64,000 nt of DNA from an uncultured Chloroflexia bacterium (GTDB lineage: Bacteria > Chloroflexota > Limnocylindria > Limnocylindrales > CSP1-4). A program made the translations under genes and the position numbers. The DNA lies in the NCBI GenBank assembly GCA_963765245.1, contig CAVXVP010000006.1, positions 124,093 to 188,092 of the forward strand, in the 5' to 3' direction. The notes under the pieces are model-generated. The model made no database searches. It saw nothing but the letters and a program-made list of their open reading frames with translations, and had not been told where the DNA came from. Within the stretch, counting starts at the first letter, position 1. Each line of letters begins with the position of its first letter. Of this stretch, positions 14,296 to 25,906 are shown one piece after another.

Positions 14296-15721
14296 GATGC
14301 GGACCTGGGGCGGGCGGTTCAGCGGCGAGACGGATGCGCGCGTGGCGGACTTCACGCGCTCGATCGAGGTCGACGCCGCCCTCGCCGCTGACGACATCGC
14401 GGGCTCGATCGCCCACGTCCGCGGTCTCGGTCGGGCCGGGATCCTGAGCGCGGACGACGTGCAGACGCTCGTCGACGGGCTGACGGCGCTCGCCGAGGAC
14501 GTCGCCGCGGGCCGGCTCGAGTGGGACGGGTCGCTCGAGGACGTCCACATGAACATCGAGGCGGCGCTGGCCGCGAAGGTCGGGCCGCTGGCCGGCCGAC
14601 TCCACACCGGACGGTCGCGCAACGACCAGGTCGCCACGGACCTGCGGCTGTGGACGCGCCGGGCGATCGACGAACTCTTCGTGGCCCTGCTCGACTTCGA
14701 AGGGGCGCTCGTCACCCTCGCCGAGCGCGACGGCGACGGCCGTGCTGCCGGGCACGACCCACATCCAGCCGGCCCAGCCGATCCTGTTCGCGCATCACCT
14801 GCTCGCCTACGTCGAGATGGCCGAGCGTGACCGCGGCCGTCTGGCCGATGCCCGGGAACGGGTCAACGTGTCGCCACTCGGGTCGGGCGCGCTGGCGGGC
14901 GCCGGCTACCCGCTCGATCGCGAGGCGACCGCGGCGGAGCTCGGCTTCGATGGCGTCAGCGCGAACTCGCTCGATGCAGTCTCGGACCGCGATTTCGTGG
15001 TCGAGACGATCGCGGCGGTGGCGCTCGGGATGGTCCACCTCAGCCGGCTGGCCGAGGAGATCACGTGGTGGTCGAACCCCGCATTCGGGTTCGTGCGCGT
15101 CGCCGATGCGTTCTCGACCGGCAGCTCGATGATGCCGAACAAGAAGAACCCGGACCCGGCCGAGCTGGTCCGTGGCCGCGCCGCCCGCGTCATCGGGGAG
15201 CTGACCGGGGCGTTGACACTGCTCAAGGGCCTCCCGCTCGCGTACCAGCGCGACCTCCAGGAGAGCGTCGCGCCGCTGTTCGACGCCGTCGAGGTCTTCG
15301 AGACCTCGCTCCGGGTGATGACCGGGCTGGTCGAGACGCTGACGGTCGACGCCGAGACGGATGCGCGCGGCCGCCGGCGAGGGCTACACGACCGCGACGG
15401 CCGTCGCCGATGCGCTGGTCCGACGCGGCATCCCGTTCCGGCCGCCCACCACATCGTCGGCGTCGCTGGTCGCGCCAGGCCGAGGCGGACGGGATCGGGC
15501 TCGATGCCGTCTCCGACGCGATGGTCGGCCTCGGCCCTGGCGGGGCAGTGACGATCCGACGGCCGCCGCGCTCGCCGACGGAACCCGGGATCGGCGACGA
15601 GCTCCGGGCGGCCGCCTCGATCGACGGCGCGCTCGCGTCGTGCGACGTCATCGGCGGGACGGCGCCAGCTCGGGTCGCCGCCGCGCTCGCCGCGGCCAGG
15701 GAGCGACTCGACCGCGCCTGA
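14296..15721 (+). CDS. argH: argininosuccinate lyase (ArgH), about 3 frameshifts
   Basis: [26 protein letters not shown]..., [42 protein letters not shown] and [11 protein letters not shown] (fumarate-lyase signature). RBS GAGGGAGG sits upstream of the ATG at 14296. Confidence 0.85.
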
Positions 15722-15773
15722 CGGGCGGCCGGGCCTCGTCGCGGCGGCTCGACCGGCCGCGTACCATCGGGCG

Positions 15774-16878
15774 ATGCTGGACGACGCAACGATCGTGAAG
15801 GCGCCCAAGGCGCTCCTCCACGACCATCTCGATGGCGGCCTGCGGCCGGCCACGGTCATCGACCTGGCAGCCGAGTACGGCTACGACGCGCTGCCGACGA
15901 CCGACGTCGACGATCTCGCCGCCTGGTTCCGGCGCGGCGCCGACCGCAAGAGCCTCGAGCTCTACCTCGAGACCTTTGCGCACACGTTCGGGGTCATGCA
16001 GTGGCCCGACGCGATCGCCCGGGTCGCGGCCGAATGCGCCGAGGACCTCGCCGCCGACGGCGTCGTCTACGCCGAGGTCCGGATGGCGCCCGAGCTGTGC
16101 ACCGAGCAGGGTCTGACCCTCGACGAGGCCACCGCCGCGATGCTCGACGGCTTCCGGATCGGCTCGGCGCGCGCGGCCGAGGCCGGCAACCCGATCGTCA
16201 TGAAGCTGCTCATCACCGCGATGCGCCAGGCCGCTCGCTCGGTCGAGGTCGCCGAATGCGCGATCCGCTGGCGCGACGCCGGTGTCGTCGGGTTCGACGT
16301 CGCGGGCCCGGAGAAGGGCTATCCGCCGACCCGCTACCTCGATGCCTTCGAGACGATCCGCCGGGCGAACTTCCACATCACGATCCACGCCGGCGAGTCG
16401 TTCGGGCTGCCGTCGATCTGGGAGGCGCTCCAGTTCGCGGGCGCCGAGCGGCTCGGGCACGGCGTCCGCATCGTCGACGACATCACCGTCCGCGACGACG
16501 GCTCGGTCGAGCTCGGCCGGCTGGCGGCGTTCGTCCGCGACCGGCGCGTCCCGCTCGAGATGTGCCCGAGCTCGAACGTCCACACCGGCGCCGTCGCCAT
16601 CGGTCGCAGACCACCCGATCGACCTGCTCCGCCGCCTGCGCTACCGCGTCACGGTCAACACCGACAACCGGCTGATGAGCGGCGTCTCGCTGTCGAGCGA
16701 GTTCGCGGCGCTCGACGCCGCGTTCGGGATCGGCCTCGGCGAGATGGAGTGGCTGACGATCAACGCGATGAAGAGCGCGTTCGCCCCGTTCGACGAGCGG
16801 CTGCGGATCATCAACGAGGTGGTCAAGCCGGGCTACGCACGCCTTCGCGCAGAGGAGTCGCGGGTCGTCGTCGGCTGA
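15774..16878 (+). CDS. add: adenosine deaminase, one frameshift near 16605
   Basis: [25 protein letters not shown]..., [26 protein letters not shown], and after the shift [31 protein letters not shown]. Confidence 0.8.
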
Positions 16879-16890
16879 CGGCTGCCTCTG

Positions 16891-17400
16891 ATGAAGATCG
16901 AGACCGGCGACACGTTCCTGATTCGGGCGGACGCAGGCCGTGTCGCCGTCGGCCAGGTCGTTTCGGCGACGCCTTCTTCGCGCCAGGTTTGGGTGGCAAT
17001 CTTCTGGCCTCCGATTGAGCCAGTCGAGGTCGATGCGCGCCTTCCAGCGTTGATTTCGACACCTCCGGCGCTGCTCGGACGGACGCTGGATGCGTTTCTG
17101 AGGGACGGCCACTGGCAGCGGCTCGATCGTGCCGACGTCGTCTCACCGATCCAGTGGCCAGCGTTCAAGATCGCGTCCGCACCTGGGGTGTTTCAGGTCG
17201 TCGACCACGATGGCGTCCCGCGGCGGTTGGCATCAGACGACGAGGTGGCAAGCCTGCCATTTCGGTCGACGATGTCGCCAGCAGGGATCGAGATGGCCGT
17301 GGCAGCTCTCGCCGGCATCGGTCAGTGGGACGAGTGGTTCGACAAATTGCTACCAGGCTTGCCAAACACGGAATCGGCAATCCTTGGACAGACCCAGTAG
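16891..17400 (+). CDS. hypothetical protein (intact, lower GC)
   Basis: 170 aa: [52 protein letters not shown]... GC is about 62% against about 72% in flanks. No family recognised. Confidence 0.5.
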   Translation: MKIETGDTFLIRADAGRVAVGQVVSATPSSRQVWVAIFWPPIEPVEVDARLPALISTPPALLGRTLDAFLRDGHWQRLDRADVVSPIQWPAFKIASAPGVFQVVDHDGVPRRLASDDEVASLPFRSTMSPAGIEMAVAALAGIGQWDEWFDKLLPGLPNTESAILGQTQ

Positions 17401-17409
17401 GTCGCTCAC

Positions 17410-17968
17410 GGTGACCGCGGTACAGCTCCAGTTTCATGCAGAGGCGCGCGAGATGATCGACATCGCTTTCGAGTGGGCTCAGAGGTACGGCTTTCGGCTC
17501 GCCGCCGAGGAATACTTCCCTGACTATCGAGCCGTCCAACTGACGAAGGGCCGACGTGGCGACGGCGAGACGTTCAGACAAGTCCGACGGATCGCGCTCG
17601 GTCGACGCGAATTCGACCTGGCTGGCTCGACGACTCACCAATTCGTCACACGGAATGAAGACTGCCTCTCTCTGTCGATCCACTGGCCAACCAAGGAGGG
17701 GCTTCGTGAATTGTCCCTCGGGGGCGTCACGGAGCAGGTGGACCTGCTCAAGAGCTGGAGGCGGATGATCCGCGAAGCAAAGGCGTCGATGCATAAGGGC
17801 GCGGTCATCCACGGGCGCCTCTCCGGCATTACGTCGCCGGTCCCGGCTCACCGTCACACGGCCGGGGCGCACGAGCTCGCGGAGCGGGGCGTCAGAATGC
17901 TCGCTGTGGCTGGAGGAAACGAGTACCGCTTCGATGACGTTTCCGTTGTGCTAGCGGATGAGTCCTAG
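17410..17968 (+). CDS. hypothetical protein (intact, lower GC)
   Basis: GTG start directly after the upstream stop: VTAVQLQFHAEAREMIDIAFEWAQRYGFRLAAEEYFPDYRAVQLTKGRRG... No family recognised. Confidence 0.45.
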
Positions 17969-18015
17969 TCTCAGAAGATACCGAGTGCCAGTCGCGTGTA
18001 GGGCGGCCGACGATG

Positions 18016-19282
18016 TCAATCCCCGGCTGGCAACGCCACCACGAAACGGGACGAGGCGAACCCGTTCGGTTCGAGGTAGATCCGGCCGCCCATCGCGGTC
18101 ATCAGCCGGCGAGCCGCGAACAGCCCGATCCCCGAGCCGCGACTCCGGCCGCGGCCCTCGATCCGGACGAACGGCTCGAAGACGCTCTCCCAGTCCTCGC
18201 GCGGGACGCCCGGGCCGTCGTCGGTGACGTAGACCTGGATCTCGTCGCCGATCCGCCACACGCCGATGCTCACGCCGTCCTCGGTCGGGGCGTACTTCGA
18301 CTCGTTCTCGAGCAGCTGTTCGAGGACCTGGCGGAAGCGCGTCTCGTCGCCGATCGCGATCATCGGCTCGTGCGGGCGGTCCCAGCGGATCGGGTGCGAG
18401 CGCAGCAGGAGTCGGAGCGTCTCGACGGTCTCGGCGACCGCCTCGACCGCGTCGAACGGCGCCCGCGACAGCCCGGTCAGGCCCTCGCCGCGCACCGACG
18501 CAAGGATCGAGTCCACCAGCCGATCCAGCCGCCCGAGCTGGTCCGAGGCGGCGTCGCCCCACTCGGCCGCGTCGGGGTTGGCCGCTTCGGCGGCGGCCGC
18601 CTCTTCCAGCAGGTCGACGTAGACGCGCACGATCGAGAGCGGCGTCCGCAGCTCGTGGGTCACGACGCTCATGCAGCTCGGCCCGCGCGGCGTCGAGGGC
18701 GGTCAGCTCGGCCAGCCGCGCCTCGACCTCGGCCGTCAGGCGGCCCTTCTCGACGATCCCGGCGAGGAGCGCGGCGATCGTCCGGAGCAGGGCGATCTCC
18801 CCGTCGTCGAAGGCACGCTTCTCGCGGGTCTGGACGTTGAGGACACCGACCACCGTGTCGTGCCATTCGAGCGGCACCGACAGCATCCCGGCGAGGGCCT
18901 GGATGTCGAAGCCGCGGACCCACGCGAACCGCTCGTCGACCGTGACGTCCTCGACCGTGATCGGGGTGCGGCTCGCAGCGACGCGTCCGGTGATGCCCTC
19001 GCCCCAGCCGAGGCTGACCCGGCCGACCTGCGAGCGGTCGAGGCCGTTGGTCGCGGCGAGGGTCAGCCGCATCCCTTCGTGGTCGGCGAGGTAGAACGAG
19101 CAGACGTCGACGCCCATCGCGGCCGTCGTGCCGTCGACGATCGAGCGCATCAGCTCGTCCCAGTCGCGCGCGAGCGTCGCGAGCTGGGCGATGTCGTGGA
19201 GGAAGGCGAGCTCGTCGAGCCGCCGATCCGAGTCGTCTCGGTGGTGCGCCGGCGCGTCGCTCGCGGGGGTTTCGTCGGTCAT
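18016..19282 (-). CDS. GAF-domain sensor histidine kinase (one frameshift near 18670)
   Basis: N-terminal GAF domain (VCSFYLADHEGMRLTLAATNGLD...VPLEWHDTVVGVLNVQTREKRAFDDGEI), then a HisKA domain (VVTHELRTPLSIV) and HATPase_c (VYVTDDGPGVPREDWESVFEPFVRIEGRGRSRGSGIGLFAARRLMTAMGGRIY). Confidence 0.75.
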
Positions 19283-19303
19283 CTCGGTCCCGGCGCCAGC
19301 GAT

Positions 19304-20017
19304 CTACCCCTCCGCCAAAGCCGGGATCTCATCGCGCAGCGCGATCAGGTCGTCGTCGTCGGGCGCGTACCCGCGGAGCTCCTCCTGGTCGGGGAGTGCC
19401 TGACGGAGGAGCGACCGCGCGACGTCGAGGTTGCCGCTGAGCGCGTGGAAGCAGGCGAGGTTGTAGCGGGCGTAGGCGGCGGCACGCGCCGGCCAACCGC
19501 CGCGGTCGATGATCGCGGTGATCTCGTCGGCGAGTTCGAGAGTCCGCGATCTCGAGGCCGACCGCGGCCGCGATCGGTGTCAGGTGGGTGAGCGTGTGCT
19601 CGGAGCCGTTGCCCATGATCGTGCCGCTGATCCGGGGCAGGGCGAGCGTCTCGTCGGGGGCGGCCTCGATCTCCGCGATGAGCTCGTCGGTCGACGCGTC
19701 GGCGTCGGCGACGACCTCCGGCCACGACCACGCGACCCGTTCGGCGTGGAACTTGGCGTTCGCCTCGTCGGTCTCGACCTCGATCGGCTCGTTCGCGCCG
19801 ATCCGGAGCGCCCGCAGCCGGTCGACCGTTCGTCCCTTCCATGCGTTCAGGTGCGCCTGGACGTCCTTCGGCGACCAGCCGCCGTCCGGCGCCGGCGCGT
19901 CACGAACGCCGGGATCGAGCGCGGCGAGGACGTCGCGCTCGGCCGCCGCGAGCCGCCCGGACGGCCGCGATGAGCCCGGCACGGAGGCCGTCGATGTTGG
20001 TGTCAGTCTCGTTCATG
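19304..20017 (-). CDS. ClbS/DinB-like four-helix-bundle domain protein with C-terminal helical repeat region
   Basis: MNETDTNIDGL... with WSPKDVQAHLNAWKGRTVDRLRAL (DUF1706/DinB-like). C-terminus ...ARYNLACFHALSGNLDVARSLLRQALPD... Reconstructed across two frames. Confidence 0.4.
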
Positions 20018-20032
20018 GCGCGATGGTACCCG

Positions 20033-20594
20033 TCAGCGACGCGCTGTCACTCGTGGGTGGCGGCGTAGCGCCTGGTAGACGACACCCGAACCGAAGACGC
20101 GCGTGTCGATCAGCTTGAGCCCGATGCGGGCGATCGAGCCGAGGGAAGAACGGCGTGCCATCGCCGAGGACGACCGGGTGGATGACCAAGTGGTACTCGT
20201 CGACCAGGCCGCGCTCGATGAACTGGGCGGCGAGGGTCGGTCCGCCGATTTCGAGGTCGCCGTCGAACTCGGCCCTGATCGCCGCAAGCTCCTCGCCCAC
20301 GTCGCCCGTGACCAGTCGGCTGTTGAAGTCGACCGACTCGAGGCTATTCGAGAAGACGATCCTCGGCGTGGCGTTCCAGAGCCGGGCGAATTCGACCATC
20401 GGTGCGGTCGACTGCGGGTTGGATTCGCCGGTCGGCCAGTAGGCGGCCATGACCTCGTAGAGCCGACGGCCGTAGAGCGAGGCGTCCACGCCGCGCATCT
20501 GGTCGTTGAACCAGGAATGCAGCTCGTCGTCGATGATCCCCCAGTCGACGCTGTGGTCCGGCGTCTCGACGAACCCGTCGAGCGACACGTTCAT
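20033..20594 (-). CDS. dihydrofolate reductase family protein (RibD C-terminal domain), C-terminal frameshift
   Basis: MNVSLDGFVETPDHSVDWGIIDDELHSWFNDQMRGVDASLYGRRLYEVMAAYWP...HLVIHPVVLGDGTPFFP then shifts to IARIGLKLIDTRVFGSGVVYQALRRHP. Confidence 0.6.
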
Positions 20595-20647
20595 CGATGT
20601 AGATCAGCTTGCCCATCGCCCGCTCCGAGCCCCGCGGCGCGCCTGGC

Positions 20648-21934
20648 TCAGACGCCGGCAGGCTCGGGATCCGCGACGGTCGTCGGCAGCGTCTCGAGCA
20701 GCGGATCCGTCCACGTCCAGGCCGCGCCGTGGTGCTTCCCGACGGCGCCGTGGCGGGCCGCCTCGACCCGCAGCGGCAGCCCGAAGATCTCGATGAAGCC
20801 GACCGCGCTGGCGTGGTCGAACGCGTCGCCCTCGTCGTACGTGGCGAGCGCCTTGTCGTACAGCGACATCGGCGAGCGCCGCCCGACGACGACCGCGGAA
20901 CCGTGATCCAGACGCACCCGGACCTCGCCCGAGACGACCCGCTGCGACGACGCGACGTACGCCCGCAGGTCGCGCGACAGGGCGCTGAACCACAGGCCGT
21001 CATAGATCAGCCGAGCCAGCTCGTCGGCGACGAACCGGTTGAACCGCAGCGTGTCGCGCGACAGCGTCAGACCCTTCGAGCGCCCGGTGCGCGCCGTGCA
21101 GGATCGGTCGCCGCCGGCGTCTCGTAGATCTCGCGGCTCTTGATGCCGACCAGGCGATCCTCGACGTGGTCGATCCGCCCGACGCCATGCGCGCCGCCCA
21201 GATCGTGGACGCGCTGGACGAGGTCGACCGGCGCGAGCCGCTCGCCATCGATCGCGACCGGGATGCCGCCCTCGAAGTCGATGACGATCTCGATCGCCGG
21301 CGGGGCGTCGGCCGCAGCCACGGTCCACTCGATACGCATCGGCCGGCGGCGTGACCCACGGGTCCTCGAGGACGCCCGGTCTCGCACGAGCGGCCCCACA
21401 GGTTGACGTCGATCGAGTACGGCGACGCCTTGGTGATCGGGATCTCGATCCCGCGCTCGGCGGCGTAGTCGATCTCCTGGTCGCGGGTCAGGCCCATCCC
21501 GACGCGCATCGGCGCGACGACCTCGAGCCCCGGATCGAGGGCGTGCGTCGCGACATCGAAGCGGACCTGGTCGTTGCCCTTGCCGGTGCAGCCGTGGGCG
21601 ACCGCGTCGGCGCCCTCGCGCTTGGCGACCTCGACCAGCAGTTGCGCGATGAGCGGCCGGGCGAGCGCCGTGGCCAGCGGATACGCGCCCTGGTAGAGGG
21701 CGTTCGCCTGGAGATGCGGCCAGACGTAGTCGGTGACGAACCGCTCGCGCGCGTCCACGACGTACGCGCGCGAGGCGCCGGCCGACATCGCCCGATCCTC
21801 GACGCCGGCCCGCAGCGAGCCGCCGCCCAGGTCGACCGTCAGGGTCACGACCTCGACGCCGAACTGTTCCTTGAGCCAGGCGACGGCGACCGATGTGTCG
21901 AGACCACCCGAATAAGCGAGGACGACCTTGTTCA
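20648..21934 (-). CDS. argG: argininosuccinate synthase (ArgG), 2-3 frameshifts
   Basis: [88 protein letters not shown], and a C-terminal part [33 protein letters not shown]...[18 protein letters not shown] in another frame. The GTG start overlaps the argR stop. Confidence 0.85.
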
Positions 21935-22519
21935 CGGGATCCTTGAACCTCCGGAGCGTGACTGGATCGATTCGAACCGCGCGCGCCAGCGCTCGAGGCG
22001 CGCCGCGTCGGCGAAGAGGACGAGCAACGTGTTGTCGCCGGCGAGCGTGCCCTCCTGCTCGCGCAGGTTCGACTCGTCGATCGCCTGGGCGATGACGCTG
22101 GCCGTGCCGGGCGTCCCGGTCAGCACGAGGATGAGCCCGCTGCGCCCGATGGTGACGGGGATGTCGCCGAGGATGCGCAGCAGCCGCTCGTCCGAGGCGG
22201 CGGCCGCGGTCGCGACCGACGACCCCGCGACCGATTCGGGCGTGACGTAGACGTGGCCGTCGGTGCCGGGCGCCTTGACCAGCCCGAGCTCGGAGATGTC
22301 GCGCGAGACGGTCGCCTGGGTCACCTCGAAGCCCTGCGCGCCGAGCGCATCGACCACCTCGCGCTGGCTCCCGATCGGCCGCGTGGCGACCAGCTCGCGG
22401 ATCGCCCGCTGGCGCTGGGTCTTGAGGTCGTGGCTCGTGGATCCGTTGGTCGTGCCGTTCGCCGTGCGGCCGTTGCCGGCGCCGTTCCGGCCGTTGCTGG
22501 CGCCGGCGCCGGCGCTCAC
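21931..22519 (-). CDS. argR: arginine repressor ArgR (intact)
   Basis: N-terminal low-complexity tail, then a winged-HTH ([48 protein letters not shown]) and the C-terminal oligomerisation and arginine-binding domain ([21 protein letters not shown]...NTLLVLFAD). Confidence 0.8.
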
Positions 22520-23304
22520 GCGGCACCCGCGGTGGCGGCGCGGCTGGCGGTGATGCGCGTCCCGAACGTCGGGTCGGAGAGGGCGCGGGTCAGGGCCTCG
22601 GGCGCGGACGAGTCGGCGATGATCGCCTCGGCGCCGTCCCAGCCGAGCGCACCGAGCGCCGCTCGCACCTTGGGCACCATCCCGCCGGCGATGACGCCGG
22701 ATTCGATGAGGGTCTCGGCCTCGCCCGCGGTGAGCGCGTCGAGCCTGCGGCCGTCGGCGTCGCGGACACCGTCCACGTCGGTGAGCAGCACGAGCTGGCG
22801 GGCACCGAGACCGGCCGCGATGCCGGCCGCGACGTCGTCGGCGTTGACGTTGCAGACGATGCCGTCGGCGTCACGGGCCAGCGGCGCGACGACCGGGACC
22901 TGGCCGCCGACCAGGATCGCGTCGAGCAGGTCGCGTCGCAGCCCGACCACCGACGCCACGAGCCCGAGCTCCGGGATCCGCTCGGCGATCAGCAGGCCGC
23001 CATCGACGCCGGACAGGCCGACGGCATCGACGCCGAGGTCGCGCAGGCCGGACACCAGCTCGGAATTGACCACTCCCCGGAGAACCGCGGCGGCCACCTC
23101 GAGCGACTGGGCATCGGTGACCCGCAGCCCGCCTTCGAACTTGGACGGGACGCCGAGGCGCTCGAGCCACTCGGTGATGCGCTTGCCGCCGCCATGGACC
23201 AGGACCACGGGACGTCGTCGCGCGACCGCGGCCACTTCCGCGAGGACCTGGCTCTGGTCGGCGATCGTCGTGCCACCCAGCTTGATGACCAGCACTTCGC
23301 TCAC
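22516..23304 (-). CDS. argB: acetylglutamate kinase (ArgB), intact
   Basis: MSEVLVIKLGGTTIAD...VVLVHGGGKRITEWLERLGV...GLVASVVGLRRDLLDAILVGGQVPVVAPLARD...CNVNADDVAAGIAAGLGARQLVLLTDVDGV. Confidence 0.9.
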   Translation of the reverse strand: MSEVLVIKLGGTTIADQSQVLAEVAAVARRRPVVLVHGGGKRITEWLERLGVPSKFEGGLRVTDAQSLEVAAAVLRGVVNSELVSGLRDLGVDAVGLSGVDGGLLIAERIPELGLVASVVGLRRDLLDAILVGGQVPVVAPLARDADGIVCNVNADDVAAGIAAGLGARQLVLLTDVDGVRDADGRRLDALTAGEAETLIESGVIAGGMVPKVRAALGALGWDGAEAIIADSSAPEALTRALSDPTFGTRITASRAATAGAA

Positions 23305-24680
23305 GTCGTGTACTCGCTGTTCTCGATCACGTAGGCCTCGGTCAGGTCGCAGCCGAAGCCCTCGCCACTGCCCGTGCCGAGGCCGAGGTCCAGTGCGATG
23401 ACGACTTCCGCCTCGTTCATCGCGGCACGCGCCGCCGCGCGATCGAAACCGACCGGGCCGCCCCGGCCTCCGTCGTACACGAGATGACCGGCGATCCAGA
23501 TCCGGAGCTTCGCGGGGTCGAGCACGACCGGGGTACCGGCACGCGCCGACGCCTCGTCAGCGGGCAGACCGGCCGCCTCGAGCACCGATGCGATGGCCAG
23601 CCGGGCGTTCCCGGCCGCACCCGCCACGCGACCCCAGTTCGGGTCGCGACCGTGGGCAGCCGCCTTGACCAGGCTCGACGAGATCACCGACCGGGCGACC
23701 GCGCGGGCCTCGGCGTCGTCCCGTGCGCCCGTCACCGCGGCCGTGATGAGCGTGCTGGCGCCCTCGCCGTCGGCCGCCTGCTGTCGTGCCAGGTCGCGTG
23801 CGATCGCCTCGATCGCTCGTCCGAGGGCGGCAGCGGCCGGCGAATCGTCCTCGGCCGGGGCGGCCCCCGCCACCCCGGACGCGAGGACGAGGACGGTATC
23901 GTTCGTACTGGTGTCGCCATCGACCGAGAGCTGGTTCCACGTCCGCGCCGCGGCCGGCCGGAGGAGTGGCCACAGGACCTCGGGCGCCACCGTCGCGTCG
24001 GTCAGGATCACCGACAGCATCGTCGCCATCTGCGGGTGGATCATCCCGACGCCCTTGGCGACCCCGCTGACCCGCACGGTCACGGCTCGGCCGTCGGCCG
24101 CGGGCAGCTCGACGGTCGTGGTCGCGGTCTTGGTCCGCGAATCGGTCGTGCACAGCGCCGTCGCCACGGCGAGCAGCCCGTCGTCGGTCGCGGCGAGAGT
24201 CGGCACGAGCGCCGCAAGACCGTTTCGGACCTTCTCGAGCGGCAACCGGGTTCCGATGATCCCCGTCGACATGTGCTGGGTCCAATCGGGCTCGGTCACC
24301 GTCGCCGCTGCGAGCATCGCCGCGACCTCGAGCTGGTCGGCGTCGCCATCGGGGCCGGTCGCCGCGTTCGCGCTGCCACTCGTCGAGATCAGCGCGTTCG
24401 CCCAGCCGTAGCCGCCGCGCGGGTCGCCGGACGTGGCCGCGAGATTGGCCCGTGACAGCCGGACGGGCGCGGCCGCGAACGCGTTCGGGGTGAAGACTGC
24501 GGCCGCGGCGGCCGGACCTGCCGTCGTGACGACAACGGCGAGGTCCGGCCGGCCCGAGGCCTTGATCCCGACCGCCATCCCGCCAGCCTTGAAGCCTGCC
24601 GGGATGACGGCGCGTCGCTCGACCGGTGGGAGGTCCGTCGAGGACGCCGGGACGGGAAGGTTCGTGACGGGTGCAGTCAT
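23301..24680 (-). CDS. argJ: bifunctional glutamate N-acetyltransferase / amino-acid acetyltransferase (ArgJ), intact
   Basis: 459 aa with ...GFKAGGMAVGIKASGRPDLAVVV..., the autocleavage region ...ATMLSVILTDA..., and ...GCDLTEAYVIENSEYTT at the C-terminus. Confidence 0.9.
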   Translation of the reverse strand: MTAPVTNLPVPASSTDLPPVERRAVIPAGFKAGGMAVGIKASGRPDLAVVVTTAGPAAAAAVFTPNAFAAAPVRLSRANLAATSGDPRGGYGWANALISTSGSANAATGPDGDADQLEVAAMLAAATVTEPDWTQHMSTGIIGTRLPLEKVRNGLAALVPTLAATDDGLLAVATALCTTDSRTKTATTTVELPAADGRAVTVRVSGVAKGVGMIHPQMATMLSVILTDATVAPEVLWPLLRPAAARTWNQLSVDGDTSTNDTVLVLASGVAGAAPAEDDSPAAAALGRAIEAIARDLARQQAADGEGASTLITAAVTGARDDAEARAVARSVISSSLVKAAAHGRDPNWGRVAGAAGNARLAIASVLEAAGLPADEASARAGTPVVLDPAKLRIWIAGHLVYDGGRGGPVGFDRAAARAAMNEAEVVIALDLGLGTGSGEGFGCDLTEAYVIENSEYTT

Positions 24681-25790
24681 GGCGCGAGAGGAAGCTGCTC
24701 GAGGCCGGCCGTCTCGGGCAGGCCGTGGACGATGTTGAAGGCCTGGATCGCCTGGCCCGCGGCGCCCTTCACCAGGTTGTCCTCGACACCGATGGCGAGG
24801 ATCCGGCCGGTCCGCTCGTCGAAGCTGACGTGGACCTGGACGTGGTTGCTGCCCGTGACGTCGCTTGGTCGCCGGCGGCGTCGACGACAGCGTGACGAAC
24901 GGCTCGTCGGCGTAGGCCGCCTCGTACAGCCCGTCGAGCTCGGCCTGGCTGACCGGCGCGCGTCGGACGCACGTGGCAGGCCGACAGGATGCCGCGCGTC
25001 ATCGGGATGAGGTGGGGGAGGAAGTCGACCGCCGACGATGCCGGGGTTCGCGGACACGTCGAGCCCGGCACGGACCGCGATGTCGGCAAGCTCCTGCTCG
25101 ATCTCGGCGACGTGCCGGTGGCCGCCGATGCCGTACGCGCGAACGCTCTCGTTGACCTCGCCGAACATCAGGTCTCGGCTTCGCCTCGCGACCCGCGCCC
25201 GAGACGCCGCTCTTGGCATCGACCACGAGGTCGTCGATCAGTCCGGCCCGCGCGAGCGGCGCCAGCGCCAGGAGCGTCGCGGTCGGATAGCAGCCCGGCG
25301 AGCCGACGATCGCGACCGGGGCGTCGACCAGGGCCTCGAGCTCGGCGCGATGGAGCTCCGGCAAGCCGTAGACCGCCTGCTCGAGGAGGTCCGGCCGCGG
25401 GTGCTCGAAGCCGTACCAGCGCGGATAGTCGGCGGCGTCGCGCAGCCGGAAGTCGGGCCCGAGGTCGATGATCGCCGTGCCCGCGCAGCGATCGAGGTCC
25501 GGGGACCGAGACTCGCGCGCGCGGTGCCGTGCGGGAGGGCGCAGGAAGACCGCGTCCGCCGGGCGGCAGCTCCGGCAAGTGGATCGTCGAGGTCGAGCGT
25601 CGTCGCCAGGTGGGGGTGGACGCCGCCGATCGGATCGTGATCGCGGCTCGCGGCCGACCAGGCCGACCAGCTCGACGTTCGGATGCCGCGCCAGGAGCCG
25701 GACCAGCTCGCCACCGACATACCCGGTCGCGCCGATGATCCCGACCCGGATGCGCCGCGGTCCGCCGCTCGCGTCCACCCCGCGCGCAGA
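24677..25790 (-). CDS. argC: N-acetyl-gamma-glutamyl-phosphate reductase (ArgC), about 2 frameshifts
   Basis: RIRVGIIGATGYVGGELVRLLARHPNVELVGL..., IVGSPGCYPTATLLALAPLARAGLIDDLVVDAKSGVSGAGR, and C-terminus FDERTGRILAIGVEDNLVKGAAGQAIQAFNIVHGLPETAGLEQLPLAP. Confidence 0.8.
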
Positions 25791-25807
25791 CCGCGGCACG
25801 AAGGCCG

Positions 25808-25840
25808 TCTGGTTGCTCGCAGGTGCCTCGTCAGTCGTCG
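25808..25840. promoter_or_regulatory. AT-rich palindrome upstream of argC; candidate ARG box (ArgR operator)
   Basis: AATGACTATACAACGTCGACTGCATAGTCATGCAA has an ATGACTAT...ATAGTCAT inverted repeat and a TGCATA-N3-ATGCAA core. It sits in the only AT-rich stretch between argC (-) and the cyclase gene (+). Confidence 0.35.
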
Positions 25841-25906
25841 TCACGGTCGAATGACTATACAACGTCGACTGCATAGTCATGCAACGCCTCGGCCCGGCGT
25901 CACGGA

